Source: Candidatus Saccharimonadota bacterium
GTDB taxonomy: Archaea; Nanohalarchaeota; Nanosalinia; Nanosalinales; Nanosalinaceae
NCBI RefSeq assembly: GCF_029232205.1
Contig: NZ_CP107255.1
Coordinates: 690,001-722,000 of the forward strand
Reading direction: 5' to 3'
Length of the DNA: 32,000 nt
Shown: piece after piece, positions 17,191-24,883 of the stretch
Layout: every line of letters begins with the position of its first letter
Position numbering within the stretch: position 1 is the first letter of the stretch
The notes under the pieces: model-generated
The model's input: only the letters and a program-made list of their open reading frames with translations
Databases searched by the model: none
What the model was told of the DNA's origin: nothing
Translations under genes and position numbers: made by a program

Positions 17191-19370
17191 TTGTAGGCCA
17201 GTTCCTTAATCTGTGTATCTGTTAGACTCTTGTTGTAAATTTTTACTTCATCTATTTTGCCTTTCAGCACTGCGTTGCCGTTTGCATGAGATCCTATCTT
17301 CCCATCTGGTGCTGGAACCTCAGTCGTGCTTTCAAAACTCTGGTTGGTGAGAATACGTCCATCCTGATACAGTCTTAATCGATTCTTGTTGTTATCTATC
17401 ACCAGGGCTACATGCTGCCACTTACCAAAGTTAGGCCGTCCATAGTTATTGTTTATACCTGCGTCAGCCGAGTTTATTTCAACCCTCCAGGAATCCTCAT
17501 CCGCTCTAAGCATCCAGCCATCCCAGTAACTACCTCCTCCTCTCCGGTAACCGAAAATTGCTCCTCTTTCCAAAGGTTTAACCCATGCTGAGGCAGTTAG
17601 ACTCTGGCCGTTAGGAACATCCAGGAGACCCTCATCGTCAGAGAATGAAAAGTTAGAGGAATAGCCGTTAAAACCTAGAGCCTTCGATGAGAATAATCCC
17701 TCGAGACCTATGCCCGAAGTATCATATGCAGTGGCTCTATCCCCCGACTCAAAGTTCCATCTTCCAACAAGGCCTCTCTCAGGAGTATCACTTTCGTATA
17801 ACTTATTAACCTCTCTAGTATCGAGAGCTCTTTCATATATCCTGACGCTATCTAAGTTTCCCTTGAACTCTGGCTCTGTAGCTCTTGCATCTCCTATAAA
17901 CAGGTCAGAACTTGTGTAAGTAAGATTTCTTGAAGAAGTAAAAGTACCTATCTTAACATCATTCTTATAGGCTTCCCAGGTTTTACCATCTACTACAAGC
18001 GTAATCATAGTCCATTCTCCGGTTGTTAGGCCTCCAAAGCTATGAGAACTCCCTGTATTATTTCCATCCTCAAAAATCTCAAAGAATATACCATTACTTC
18101 CCGAAGGAGTAATGAGCTGCCACCCATTATTTCTGTCAGTCTTGGACACAAAGCCCCAGTAACCATTATCGTGAGATCCTGGTTTGGCCCATAGATTTAT
18201 CGTCATCTCGCCAGTTATATTCAGAGACTTGCTGTGCCCAGCGTTGACTCTGTCCTCATAACCATCAAGAGCCAGAGAAAAATCTCCTTCAACACTATCC
18301 TCCGACCATCCGCTTGTCTCATTAAAATCAAAATTCACAAGACTAGCATCATTAGCTCCGCCATAAACGCCATCTAACAAAGTACCAGTGCTACTCGAAA
18401 ACTTAGGCCTGTTTACCGGAGTGCTATTAATCCATCCAGCCTGATCATTCAGTAAATTATTGTTAAAATTCTCAGGCTTTCCACTGTTAGAATATCCTGT
18501 CCCATCTATGAAGCAAACATCAACAGATGTAAGATCACAGGAATCAGGCCCTTCATTCAAACCCATTTCAACTATCAAGCCTTTATCAGAAACTACCTCT
18601 CCTCGATACAACTTTTGTATCTCTGAAGCAGATAAAGTCCTATTATACGATCTTACAGCTGCTACAGATCCATTTATAGACTCATCTTTGGAAGTGCTTC
18701 TTCTACCTATAGTAAGAGGTTCATTATTCGTTGTGAGGTTTGCTTTTATGTAATCGCTTATAGTATTCGTGGCCTTAAGCTCTCCATCAATATAGAGCTT
18801 GATATGAGTCCCATTACCTACAGATACTGCATGATGCCACTCATTTAGGCTTGGCTTATGGATTGCTCTCACATATGATCCTGAGGGATTCCCTCCTTCA
18901 TCACTACCCATAACAGTAGCGACGCCATCCCCGTAAGTCCACATCCCGGCGGTAGTACAGCTCCAGGATCCACAACCAGCTTTATTCTGTATAGATCTCC
19001 AGTCCTCCCACTCATGCATTTTAAACCAGGCCGTCAAGGTGAAGTTGAAAGTACTTCCAAACGTATTGTCAAGACTTGAACTATCAGAAACTTCAATATA
19101 GTCGTCCGATCCATCAAAATGGATACCGAAACCTTCCGAAACCTCTGCATTATCAAAACGATAATACGCGGTAAGATCACTCTGAAGGCCTTCAGAAGAA
19201 GTATCAACATTATCCTGAGAATTAAACATTGGTTCTGTTTCCAGACTTGAAACAACAGAATTTACAGAATCAGCACTCGAACTGGATAGAGAAAAGACTA
19301 TAACAGAGGCAAACAGAGAAAGAACAATGATTGAAGACCTAAAAGACAGGTAACTCCTACCGGAACTCAT
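17187..19370 (-). CDS. Secreted surface protein with three LamG (Laminin_G_3-type) modules; paralogue of the 4069..6864 protein
   Basis: Signal-like MSSGRSYLSFRSSIIVLSLFASVIVFSLSSSSA. LamG signatures: WHHAVSVGNGTHIKLYIDGEL..GSVAAVRSYNRTLSASEIQKLY; WTMITLVVDGKTWEAYKNDVKIG..GNLDSVRIYERALDTREVNKLY; WQHVALVIDNNKNRLRLYQDGRIL..GKIDEVKIYNKSLTDTQIKELA. I prefer the ATG at 19370 because tgtataag lies ~25-30 bp upstream of it; the ORF-track start at 19406 is a GTG upstream of that box. Confidence 0.8.
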   Translation of the reverse strand: MSSGRSYLSFRSSIIVLSLFASVIVFSLSSSSADSVNSVVSSLETEPMFNSQDNVDTSSEGLQSDLTAYYRFDNAEVSEGFGIHFDGSDDYIEVSDSSSLDNTFGSTFNFTLTAWFKMHEWEDWRSIQNKAGCGSWSCTTAGMWTYGDGVATVMGSDEGGNPSGSYVRAIHKPSLNEWHHAVSVGNGTHIKLYIDGELKATNTISDYIKANLTTNNEPLTIGRRSTSKDESINGSVAAVRSYNRTLSASEIQKLYRGEVVSDKGLIVEMGLNEGPDSCDLTSVDVCFIDGTGYSNSGKPENFNNNLLNDQAGWINSTPVNRPKFSSSTGTLLDGVYGGANDASLVNFDFNETSGWSEDSVEGDFSLALDGYEDRVNAGHSKSLNITGEMTINLWAKPGSHDNGYWGFVSKTDRNNGWQLITPSGSNGIFFEIFEDGNNTGSSHSFGGLTTGEWTMITLVVDGKTWEAYKNDVKIGTFTSSRNLTYTSSDLFIGDARATEPEFKGNLDSVRIYERALDTREVNKLYESDTPERGLVGRWNFESGDRATAYDTSGIGLEGLFSSKALGFNGYSSNFSFSDDEGLLDVPNGQSLTASAWVKPLERGAIFGYRRGGGSYWDGWMLRADEDSWRVEINSADAGINNNYGRPNFGKWQHVALVIDNNKNRLRLYQDGRILTNQSFESTTEVPAPDGKIGSHANGNAVLKGKIDEVKIYNKSLTDTQIKELAYN

Positions 19371-19678
19371 GTAACCAATATTTGGTAGGATGCTTATACA
19401 CTTCACGAATCACACACCAGGCCAATTTAGTGCCGTAAAACTAACCTAAAGAAAATTAGATCACACTAGAATTTAACCTGCTAATATCATTACCAGGCCC
19501 TTTCCTTCTTGGATTGTTGTCAGCTACCTTGCTGATTGATGCAACTCTTCTGTGGACTTCGTCCATATCCACGTGGCCTCGCTCCGATTCCAGGCTCTAA
19601 AATGATTACAGGCCCAGTAGCCGTTAAATCAGAGTACACCGTCTCCCATACTGTAACTCTCGCGGCCAGTTCGTCGAT

Positions 19679-20035
19679 TTAATCCTTCTTTAAGGACCTA
19701 ATGGCGTCCACAAACTCTACTATTGCCAAAAAAGCAGTTATAAGATAGATAAATGCTATTCCCCTGTGATCGATCCAAAAACCTATGCCATAAACAAAGG
19801 TAAAGACTAAGATAATGCTTGCAAGAAGTCTGAGAGCCGGATGAAAGCTTTCCTTATCTGGTAAACCTAACTCTTTTGAAATCTTGTAAATTACAGGAAT
19901 TAGAATTGCCATAATCAGGTTAATCAATATTGATGCGAGCGGGTTGATCGAACGTAGAGCGACCACGGAAATTGGGTAACCTATGCCAAATGAAATAGTT
20001 GCCAACCCCGTCCAAAACCATTTATTTTCCATCAT
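19679..20035 (-). CDS. Small hypothetical integral membrane protein (about 4 TM helices)
   Basis: 118 aa, nearly all hydrophobic spans (WFWTGLATISFGIGYPISVVAL, ASILINLIMAILIPVIY, LRLLASIILVFTFVYGIGFWI, IAFIYLITAFLAIVEFV). It lies in a GGCC-free, AT-rich segment adjacent to tRNA-Pro. Confidence 0.5.
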   Translation of the reverse strand: MMENKWFWTGLATISFGIGYPISVVALRSINPLASILINLIMAILIPVIYKISKELGLPDKESFHPALRLLASIILVFTFVYGIGFWIDHRGIAFIYLITAFLAIVEFVDAIRSLKKD

Positions 20036-20191
20036 TAAGCAATTTCCGTTAGTTCTTTTTATTCTTACTCACAATAATAAAAAATTACTAATATGAGTAC
20101 AGCTTAATCGACAACAGCCCATAGGTAGAAGTAGAGAGATGAATTCCAAAGTTTTTGCCATTAAATAGTTTTAAGACAGAAGAAAATTCTT

Positions 20192-20264
20192 TGGCAGGAC
20201 CCGGATTTGAACCGGGGTCTGGCCGTCCCAAACGGCCAATGATAGTCCACTACACCATCCCGCC
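20192..20264 (-). tRNA. tRNA-Pro (anticodon TGG)
   Basis: The reverse complement is GGCGGGA-TG-GTGT-AGTGGACTA-TCAT-T-GGCCG-TTTGGGA-CGGCC-AGAC-CCCGG-TTCAAAT-CCGGG-TCCTGCC-A, 73 nt. The anticodon loop UUUGGGA gives UGG. Good acceptor, anticodon and T arms; the D stem has 3 pairs plus one U.U. No intron and no encoded CCA. Confidence 0.9.
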
Positions 20265-20342
20265 AAACGTTAACTGAAAAAGGCCTTTACACCTTTTGAA
20301 CTCTGTATTGAAGTGGTTTGAAGTGAATTCTTTTAAACCATA

Positions 20343-20867
20343 TCAGTGGAGTGTGCCTTCTCTCTTGTCGTAGTCATGTGCGAAAAGCGCGTAACCGATT
20401 TCTGCGGCAGTATAGCCTTTCTCCTCAGCAATCTCTCTTATCGGGCCGATCATCTTCACATAGTCGAAGGCGTCGAATGTTTCCTTTCTACCTTCCAGAT
20501 AGCCGAGTCTTTCAAGCGAGGCCCAGACCCTGGTATCGACCACTGCGTGTTTCTCAGGGTTCAATGCTGTGATTACACAGGATGCTGTCGGGGCCTTGAA
20601 TCCTTTCAAGGAGGAGATCAATGCGATCTTGGAGAAATCTCCCTCGGCCTCTAAAGCATTTCGGGTTACTTCTCTGCAGAGTTCTTCACTATTTTTCCTG
20701 ACGTGGTAGGCGCTTCTGGTTGATGATTCGTACGCTATCTCGTACAGCTGGTCCTGAGTCAGGAATCTCTGGCTGCGATATTTTTCTCCGTATTCTTCCA
20801 GTTTTTCCGGCATAAGGCCTTGAGTTTCAGAGTAAAGTTCTAGGTATTTTTCCACGTCAAGGCTCAT
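20343..20867 (-). CDS. Hypothetical protein with a helix-hairpin-helix/GPD-like segment (possible minimal DNA-glycosylase-like fold)
   Basis: LKGFKAPTASCVITALNPEKHAVVDTRVWASLERLGYL parallels the EndoIII/Ogg HhH-GPD core (L.GVG.KTA..VL........AVDTH(I/V)), including a Lys in the hairpin and the Asp of VDT. The start overlaps the stop of the upstream HD gene by 4 bp. Assignment is by eye only. Confidence 0.4.
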   Translation of the reverse strand: MSLDVEKYLELYSETQGLMPEKLEEYGEKYRSQRFLTQDQLYEIAYESSTRSAYHVRKNSEELCREVTRNALEAEGDFSKIALISSLKGFKAPTASCVITALNPEKHAVVDTRVWASLERLGYLEGRKETFDAFDYVKMIGPIREIAEEKGYTAAEIGYALFAHDYDKREGTLH

Positions 20868-22009
20868 AGTTTTTCCTCAAGTACCTGTTCTGCGGCTTCT
20901 CTGACTTTTGCTTTCTGTGCTGCATCTGTGTAGATGTTCATGTCTACAAGTCTCCATTCGGCCTTGCTTAACGCCTTTGGAATAGGAGAGTAGTTTGAGA
21001 GATTTCTGACATTGCCTTTTCTCTTTATCTTGATATCCATATCTTTGATTTCCGGTGTCCACGGCTTGTTGGCCACTACTTTTTCTTTTGAGACTTGTGC
21101 GGCCTCTGCAATTTCTTTCTCTATTTCTTTCTCATCTACTTTTTCTTCCAGCTTTTTCAGGTCCTCTCTGCTTCTGTTCTCCACATCCCAGCTGAGAGCT
21201 GTTTTAAAGAGATCTCTGTCTTTTATACGCGAATAGTAGTTTCTGGCAGTGCCTGTAGAGTTCAAAAGTTCGTTGTGGGCAGAGTAGTCATCTAGGGCCA
21301 TCATTTTTTCCAGTGAGTTCTTCTCTACATAGTCTTCGAGCGCTCTTTCCAGCATTTTTTCCGCTATTCTGGAGGTGTCGTGGAGGTAGACGGATTTTAT
21401 CATGTGGAATCTTGCGGTAAGTAGTGATTCCAGGGCCTGAACTGCTTTGTAGTCGAATACCAGTCTTCTGGAGTCTATCATTGCTCTCTGAATTATTGTG
21501 TCGGAGTCTATATGGCCGTACTCTGCTCCGGAGGTGTGTGCATCTCTCTGAAGGTAGTCCATTCTGTCGGCGTCGATATCTCCTGCGACTACCTGGCCTA
21601 CCTCGAGTTCTCCTCTAATCATCTTCTTTATTCTGTTGGCGGAGACTGAGAACTTGTCCTCTAGTTTGTCAATTTTTCTGCAGGAAATTTCTTCGTGTGA
21701 GAGGCCTTTCTGTTCTGCTACGGCCTCTGAGGCATGTGAGAAAGGGCCGTGTCCTAGGTCGTGCATGAGGCCTGCCATTCTGACTTCTCTGGTTCTCTGC
21801 TCGTTGAGGTTGAGGCTTTCAGCGAATCTTCCGGCTACATGCATTACGCCGACTGAGTGCTGGAAGCGAGTGTGAGTTCCTGAGGGGTATACCAGCGGGG
21901 ATAGGCCCATCTGTCTTATTCTTCTGAGCCTTTGCATTTCAGGAGAGTCAAGTATTCTCCATTCTTCCTCGTTGGGTTCTATGTATCCGTGCAGAGAATC
22001 TCTTATCAT
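20864..22009 (-). CDS. HD-domain phosphohydrolase, SAMHD1-like dNTP triphosphohydrolase family (COG1078-type)
   Basis: Canonical H..HD..D set in the family-specific context: THTRFQHSVGVMHVAGRFA, AGLMHDLGHGPFSHASE, DADRMDYLQRDAHTSG. The N-terminal IRDSLHGYIE..MQRLRRIRQMG is also typical. Confidence 0.85.
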   Translation of the reverse strand: MIRDSLHGYIEPNEEEWRILDSPEMQRLRRIRQMGLSPLVYPSGTHTRFQHSVGVMHVAGRFAESLNLNEQRTREVRMAGLMHDLGHGPFSHASEAVAEQKGLSHEEISCRKIDKLEDKFSVSANRIKKMIRGELEVGQVVAGDIDADRMDYLQRDAHTSGAEYGHIDSDTIIQRAMIDSRRLVFDYKAVQALESLLTARFHMIKSVYLHDTSRIAEKMLERALEDYVEKNSLEKMMALDDYSAHNELLNSTGTARNYYSRIKDRDLFKTALSWDVENRSREDLKKLEEKVDEKEIEKEIAEAAQVSKEKVVANKPWTPEIKDMDIKIKRKGNVRNLSNYSPIPKALSKAEWRLVDMNIYTDAAQKAKVREAAEQVLEEKL

Positions 22010-22043
22010 TTTACCACTTGAATATTTGAGGACGGAAAAGTTA

Positions 22044-22424
22044 TTACTCCATTGCCGAATCCTGGTTCTTTAGGTCGCGTGTCAGTTCTTCAGCTCTCTG
22101 ACTTGCGAGGCTTTTCATCTCTCTGTGATACGTATGGCGATCTCTTACCCTTTTTTCGTCCAGAACTTTCGCAACAGGTTTATCGCTGCCAGAGTCAATC
22201 CTGATAATCTGAGAGACAGCCTCCGAAACGTACTCAGAGTCAGTCATATCGGCAAGAACAACTACGGCCTCAAAATCTTCAAGCCTGTTGGCGACTTCTC
22301 CTGGAAGATCCATCAATTGATCAACAGCAAATACTTCAGAGCTGAAACCCATCTCCTCCAGTTGAACAGAGGCGTTACGGGCCAGATCTATATCATTTTC
22401 AAGTTCTATAACTGCTACGGCCAT
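22044..22424 (-). CDS. Hypothetical small acidic alpha/beta protein
   Basis: 126-aa ORF with alternating beta/alpha propensity (VAVIELEND, FSSEVFAVD, AVVVLADM), reminiscent of a flavodoxin/receiver-like fold but without recognisable catalytic residues. It sits 34 bp from each flanking same-strand gene. Confidence 0.5.
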   Translation of the reverse strand: MAVAVIELENDIDLARNASVQLEEMGFSSEVFAVDQLMDLPGEVANRLEDFEAVVVLADMTDSEYVSEAVSQIIRIDSGSDKPVAKVLDEKRVRDRHTYHREMKSLASQRAEELTRDLKNQDSAME

Positions 22425-22458
22425 TCAAACAATTTTTGGAGGCCGTGACTAAAGAACT

Positions 22459-23226
22459 TTACTCATCTCCGAAGTCATCCTGTAACTCGATGTATCGGTC
22501 CTGAAGATACGTGAAGTCAGGGCCTTCTCCTGCAAGAGACATAATTGCCTCTTTCCTTGAGATTGCTGTGGCCTCGGCCTGAAGGAAGGCCTCTTCGCTG
22601 TCAGCAGGCATGTAGAAAATCAGTGTTCTGATATCCTTGATCTCCTGATCTGATAGATCGGTGCCGTACTTCTCAATCAGCTCCTGAACACTTACAAGGC
22701 CTGATCTCTTTGGAGTACCGCTAGTATGATAGCTTAACTTGTTTTTCAGTCTTTGAAGAATGGATGGCTTGCTTATGAAGGCCTGAATGCTTTCTTCAGG
22801 ATATCCGAAGAACTCTCCCATTCTCCGGTGATATTTCTCAGGATTATTATCGCGCATGTTCTGATATCTGTCGAAAAAATCGTTAGGGCGGCTTCTGTAG
22901 CTTAGGAAGACTTCTGCATAGACGTATTCGTCCTCCACAACACCGATACCTGTCCAGGTGTGAATTCCGTTGCGGGAAAGATAGTCTGTCCAGGCCTCTA
23001 GAGAGTCTCTGCTGCGGAATTTCTGGCTGTACTCTGCTCCTTTCTTCTCTTCAAGCATAACAAGAAGTGTTTTCAGCCTGTTGAGATCGCTTAACTCTGA
23101 GAAATCATTTTTCAATGTTTCAAAATCTTTTTCCTCTGTCTGCTCCTCGGCCTCTTTGTAAATATAGTTGTCTACATCGTCCAGTGAGCCCCAGAGCTTG
23201 CCCATTTCCCAAAGATCATCTTCCAT
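22459..23226 (-). CDS. Hypothetical acidic protein
   Basis: 255-aa ORF, first gene of a compact minus-strand run (23226 to 20343). I recognise no family. Confidence 0.55.
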   Translation of the reverse strand: MEDDLWEMGKLWGSLDDVDNYIYKEAEEQTEEKDFETLKNDFSELSDLNRLKTLLVMLEEKKGAEYSQKFRSRDSLEAWTDYLSRNGIHTWTGIGVVEDEYVYAEVFLSYRSRPNDFFDRYQNMRDNNPEKYHRRMGEFFGYPEESIQAFISKPSILQRLKNKLSYHTSGTPKRSGLVSVQELIEKYGTDLSDQEIKDIRTLIFYMPADSEEAFLQAEATAISRKEAIMSLAGEGPDFTYLQDRYIELQDDFGDE

Positions 23227-23369
23227 TAAGAACCTTTTTTGAATACCGCGATATTAAACCCGTGGGTCAGCAAGAAATTTTTCCCGAATTTTCCGGGAAT
23301 GAGGGCCTCTATTACAGGGGAAAGCTATTTGAAGCTTTGCCCACATAGTAAGATGAAGGTGACCGGATA

Positions 23370-24323
23370 ATGGGAGAAGTAGATGTGGACTGTGAAGATG
23401 CGAGATTTGAACCAGAGAAAGATAGGGAGGAAGAGGTCTTCAGCTGTCCAAACTGTGGATCCACAGACTTCGTAGAGAACTCGGCGAAAGCAGAGCTAAT
23501 CTGCAGAGACTGTGGCACAGTAGTGGACGAGAACAGAGTAGAGGAATCAGCCAGTCCTAGAGCCTTCTCCGCAGAAGAAAGAAAAAAGAAGGCCCGAACA
23601 GGATCACCTATAACATACACAAAGGCCGGAAAAGGGATAAGAACCTCTATAGGAAAAGGAGGAGAAATGAGAGGAGTAGCCCCTAATAAGAGAGGCCAGT
23701 ACTACAGAATGAAGAAATGGCAGAACAGGATTGGAGAATCCAAGGACAAGAAAATGCAGACAGCTCTCAGAGAGATCGGCAGACTTGTCGACGTACTCAA
23801 CCTTCCTCAGACAGTTAAAGAGGAGGCCTCAAGACTGTACGAAAAGGCAATCGAGAACGACTTGATCAAGGGAAGAAGAATTGAAAGAGTTTCAGCGGCC
23901 CTGGTATACATAGTTGCGAGAAATCAGAGAATACCGCGTACAATGAAAGAAGTAGCAGATGAATCAGGCGTAGATAAGAGAAAACTAGGTCAGACCTACA
24001 GATATATTGCAAAAGAGCTTGAGCTCGGAATAAAACCAGTTAAACCTGAAGATTTTCTCCCAAGATTCTCAGAGGAGCTTGGTATCTCAGGAGAGACACA
24101 GGCCCAGGCCAGAAAATACATTCTGGACGCCAGGAAAGAAAATCTGCTTGCTGGAAGAAGCCCAGGAAGTATTGTAGCTGCTGCAATCTATCTGGCCTCC
24201 GAAAAAAGAGGAGAAAAAGTAACTCAGACAGCAATCGCTGATACCGTAGGAGTAACCGAAGTCACAGTCCGAAAAGGCTACAGAGATCTTATGGAAGGCC
24301 TTGAGATAGAAGATGAGGAATAG
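23370..24323 (+). CDS. tfb: Transcription initiation factor IIB (TFB)
   Basis: N-terminal Zn ribbon CPNCGS..(17)..CRDCGTVV, a B-reader/linker region, then two cyclin-fold repeats (ALREIGRLVDVLNLPQTVKEEASRLYEKA..GRRIERVSAALVYIVAR and PEDFLPRFSEELGISGETQAQARKYI..GRSPGSIVAAAIYLAS), ending in the HTH TQTAIADTVGVTEVTVRKGYRDL. Confidence 0.93.
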   Translation: MGEVDVDCEDARFEPEKDREEEVFSCPNCGSTDFVENSAKAELICRDCGTVVDENRVEESASPRAFSAEERKKKARTGSPITYTKAGKGIRTSIGKGGEMRGVAPNKRGQYYRMKKWQNRIGESKDKKMQTALREIGRLVDVLNLPQTVKEEASRLYEKAIENDLIKGRRIERVSAALVYIVARNQRIPRTMKEVADESGVDKRKLGQTYRYIAKELELGIKPVKPEDFLPRFSEELGISGETQAQARKYILDARKENLLAGRSPGSIVAAAIYLASEKRGEKVTQTAIADTVGVTEVTVRKGYRDLMEGLEIEDEE

Positions 24324-24574
24324 GTCCTCGCTATCACTTTCTTTAAATACCAGAACTGCAAAGTGATGGGTATGGGACTAGGCCTTACCAAGAAGTTCAA
24401 GAAGATGAAAGAGAAAAAGAAAAAAGACGACGAGGACGACGAATAGACAGGTTCTCAAGTTTAAGCCTTCTTTTCTAATTTTCTGAATTTGACCGCTGGC
24501 AGAACTGTTGAAATAACTTTTTCTTCAGAGGACACCAGTGATATCTAATAAGTTGCAGTTACAAGAACAGTGTT

Positions 24575-24841
24575 ATGGTACAGTTCGAGACAATTGAGAA
24601 AGAACGAAGAGACTACGGAAACTTTCCAGGAGAAAAATTCATTGAAGTAAGCAGAAACAAGGCCATCCAGGATGATGGTTCTGAAAACAGCTTTCTGCAG
24701 ATTGCAACAGGATTCTATCAGGACGAAGAACCAAAATACAAGAAAAGATTCACAGTTCCAACCGACGAGAAGGCCGTCGACCACATAGTAGAGAAGCTTC
24801 CTGAAATGTTCGAGAAAGAGAAGGAATCACGGGAAGAGTAA
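24575..24841 (+). CDS. Small hypothetical protein, possibly PC4/YdbC-like ssDNA-binding fold
   Basis: 88 aa. KFIEVSRNKA..NSFLQIATGFYQDEEPKYKKRFTVPTDEKAVDHIVEKLPEM can be laid over the PC4 C-terminal domain [46 protein letters not shown], giving the same beta-beta-beta-helix order and similar hydrophobic spacing. Weak, by eye only. Confidence 0.35.
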   Translation: MVQFETIEKERRDYGNFPGEKFIEVSRNKAIQDDGSENSFLQIATGFYQDEEPKYKKRFTVPTDEKAVDHIVEKLPEMFEKEKESREE

Positions 24842-24883
24842 GGCCTTCAAAAAAGGCCCTATCTACCTTAAATTTTTAGAAAA

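Noticed and set aside
19371-19406. GTG-initiated 12-codon extension of the third LamG gene
   Set aside because: A TATA-like tgtataag lies between this GTG and the ATG at 19370. The signal-peptide-like sequence starts at the ATG.
19520-19681. Programmed stop-codon readthrough of the 118-aa membrane gene into the 52-codon open frame
   Set aside because: The composition changes exactly at the stop (GGCC-free to GGCC-rich), which argues for two DNAs of different origin joined there rather than one extended gene. The gene-remnant hypothesis is kept as a finding.
20346-20654. Plus-strand ORFs of 102 and 73 aa overlapping the 20343..20867 gene
   Set aside because: They are antisense or alternative frames with Cys/Arg/Ser-rich translations. 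The minus-strand gene is coupled to the HD gene by a 4-bp overlap and has a coherent helical sequence.
23227-23369. Looked for a clear TATA/BRE for tfb in the divergent spacer
   Set aside because: Only weak candidates (gctatttgaag around 23325) at imperfect spacing. These are not good enough to annotate.
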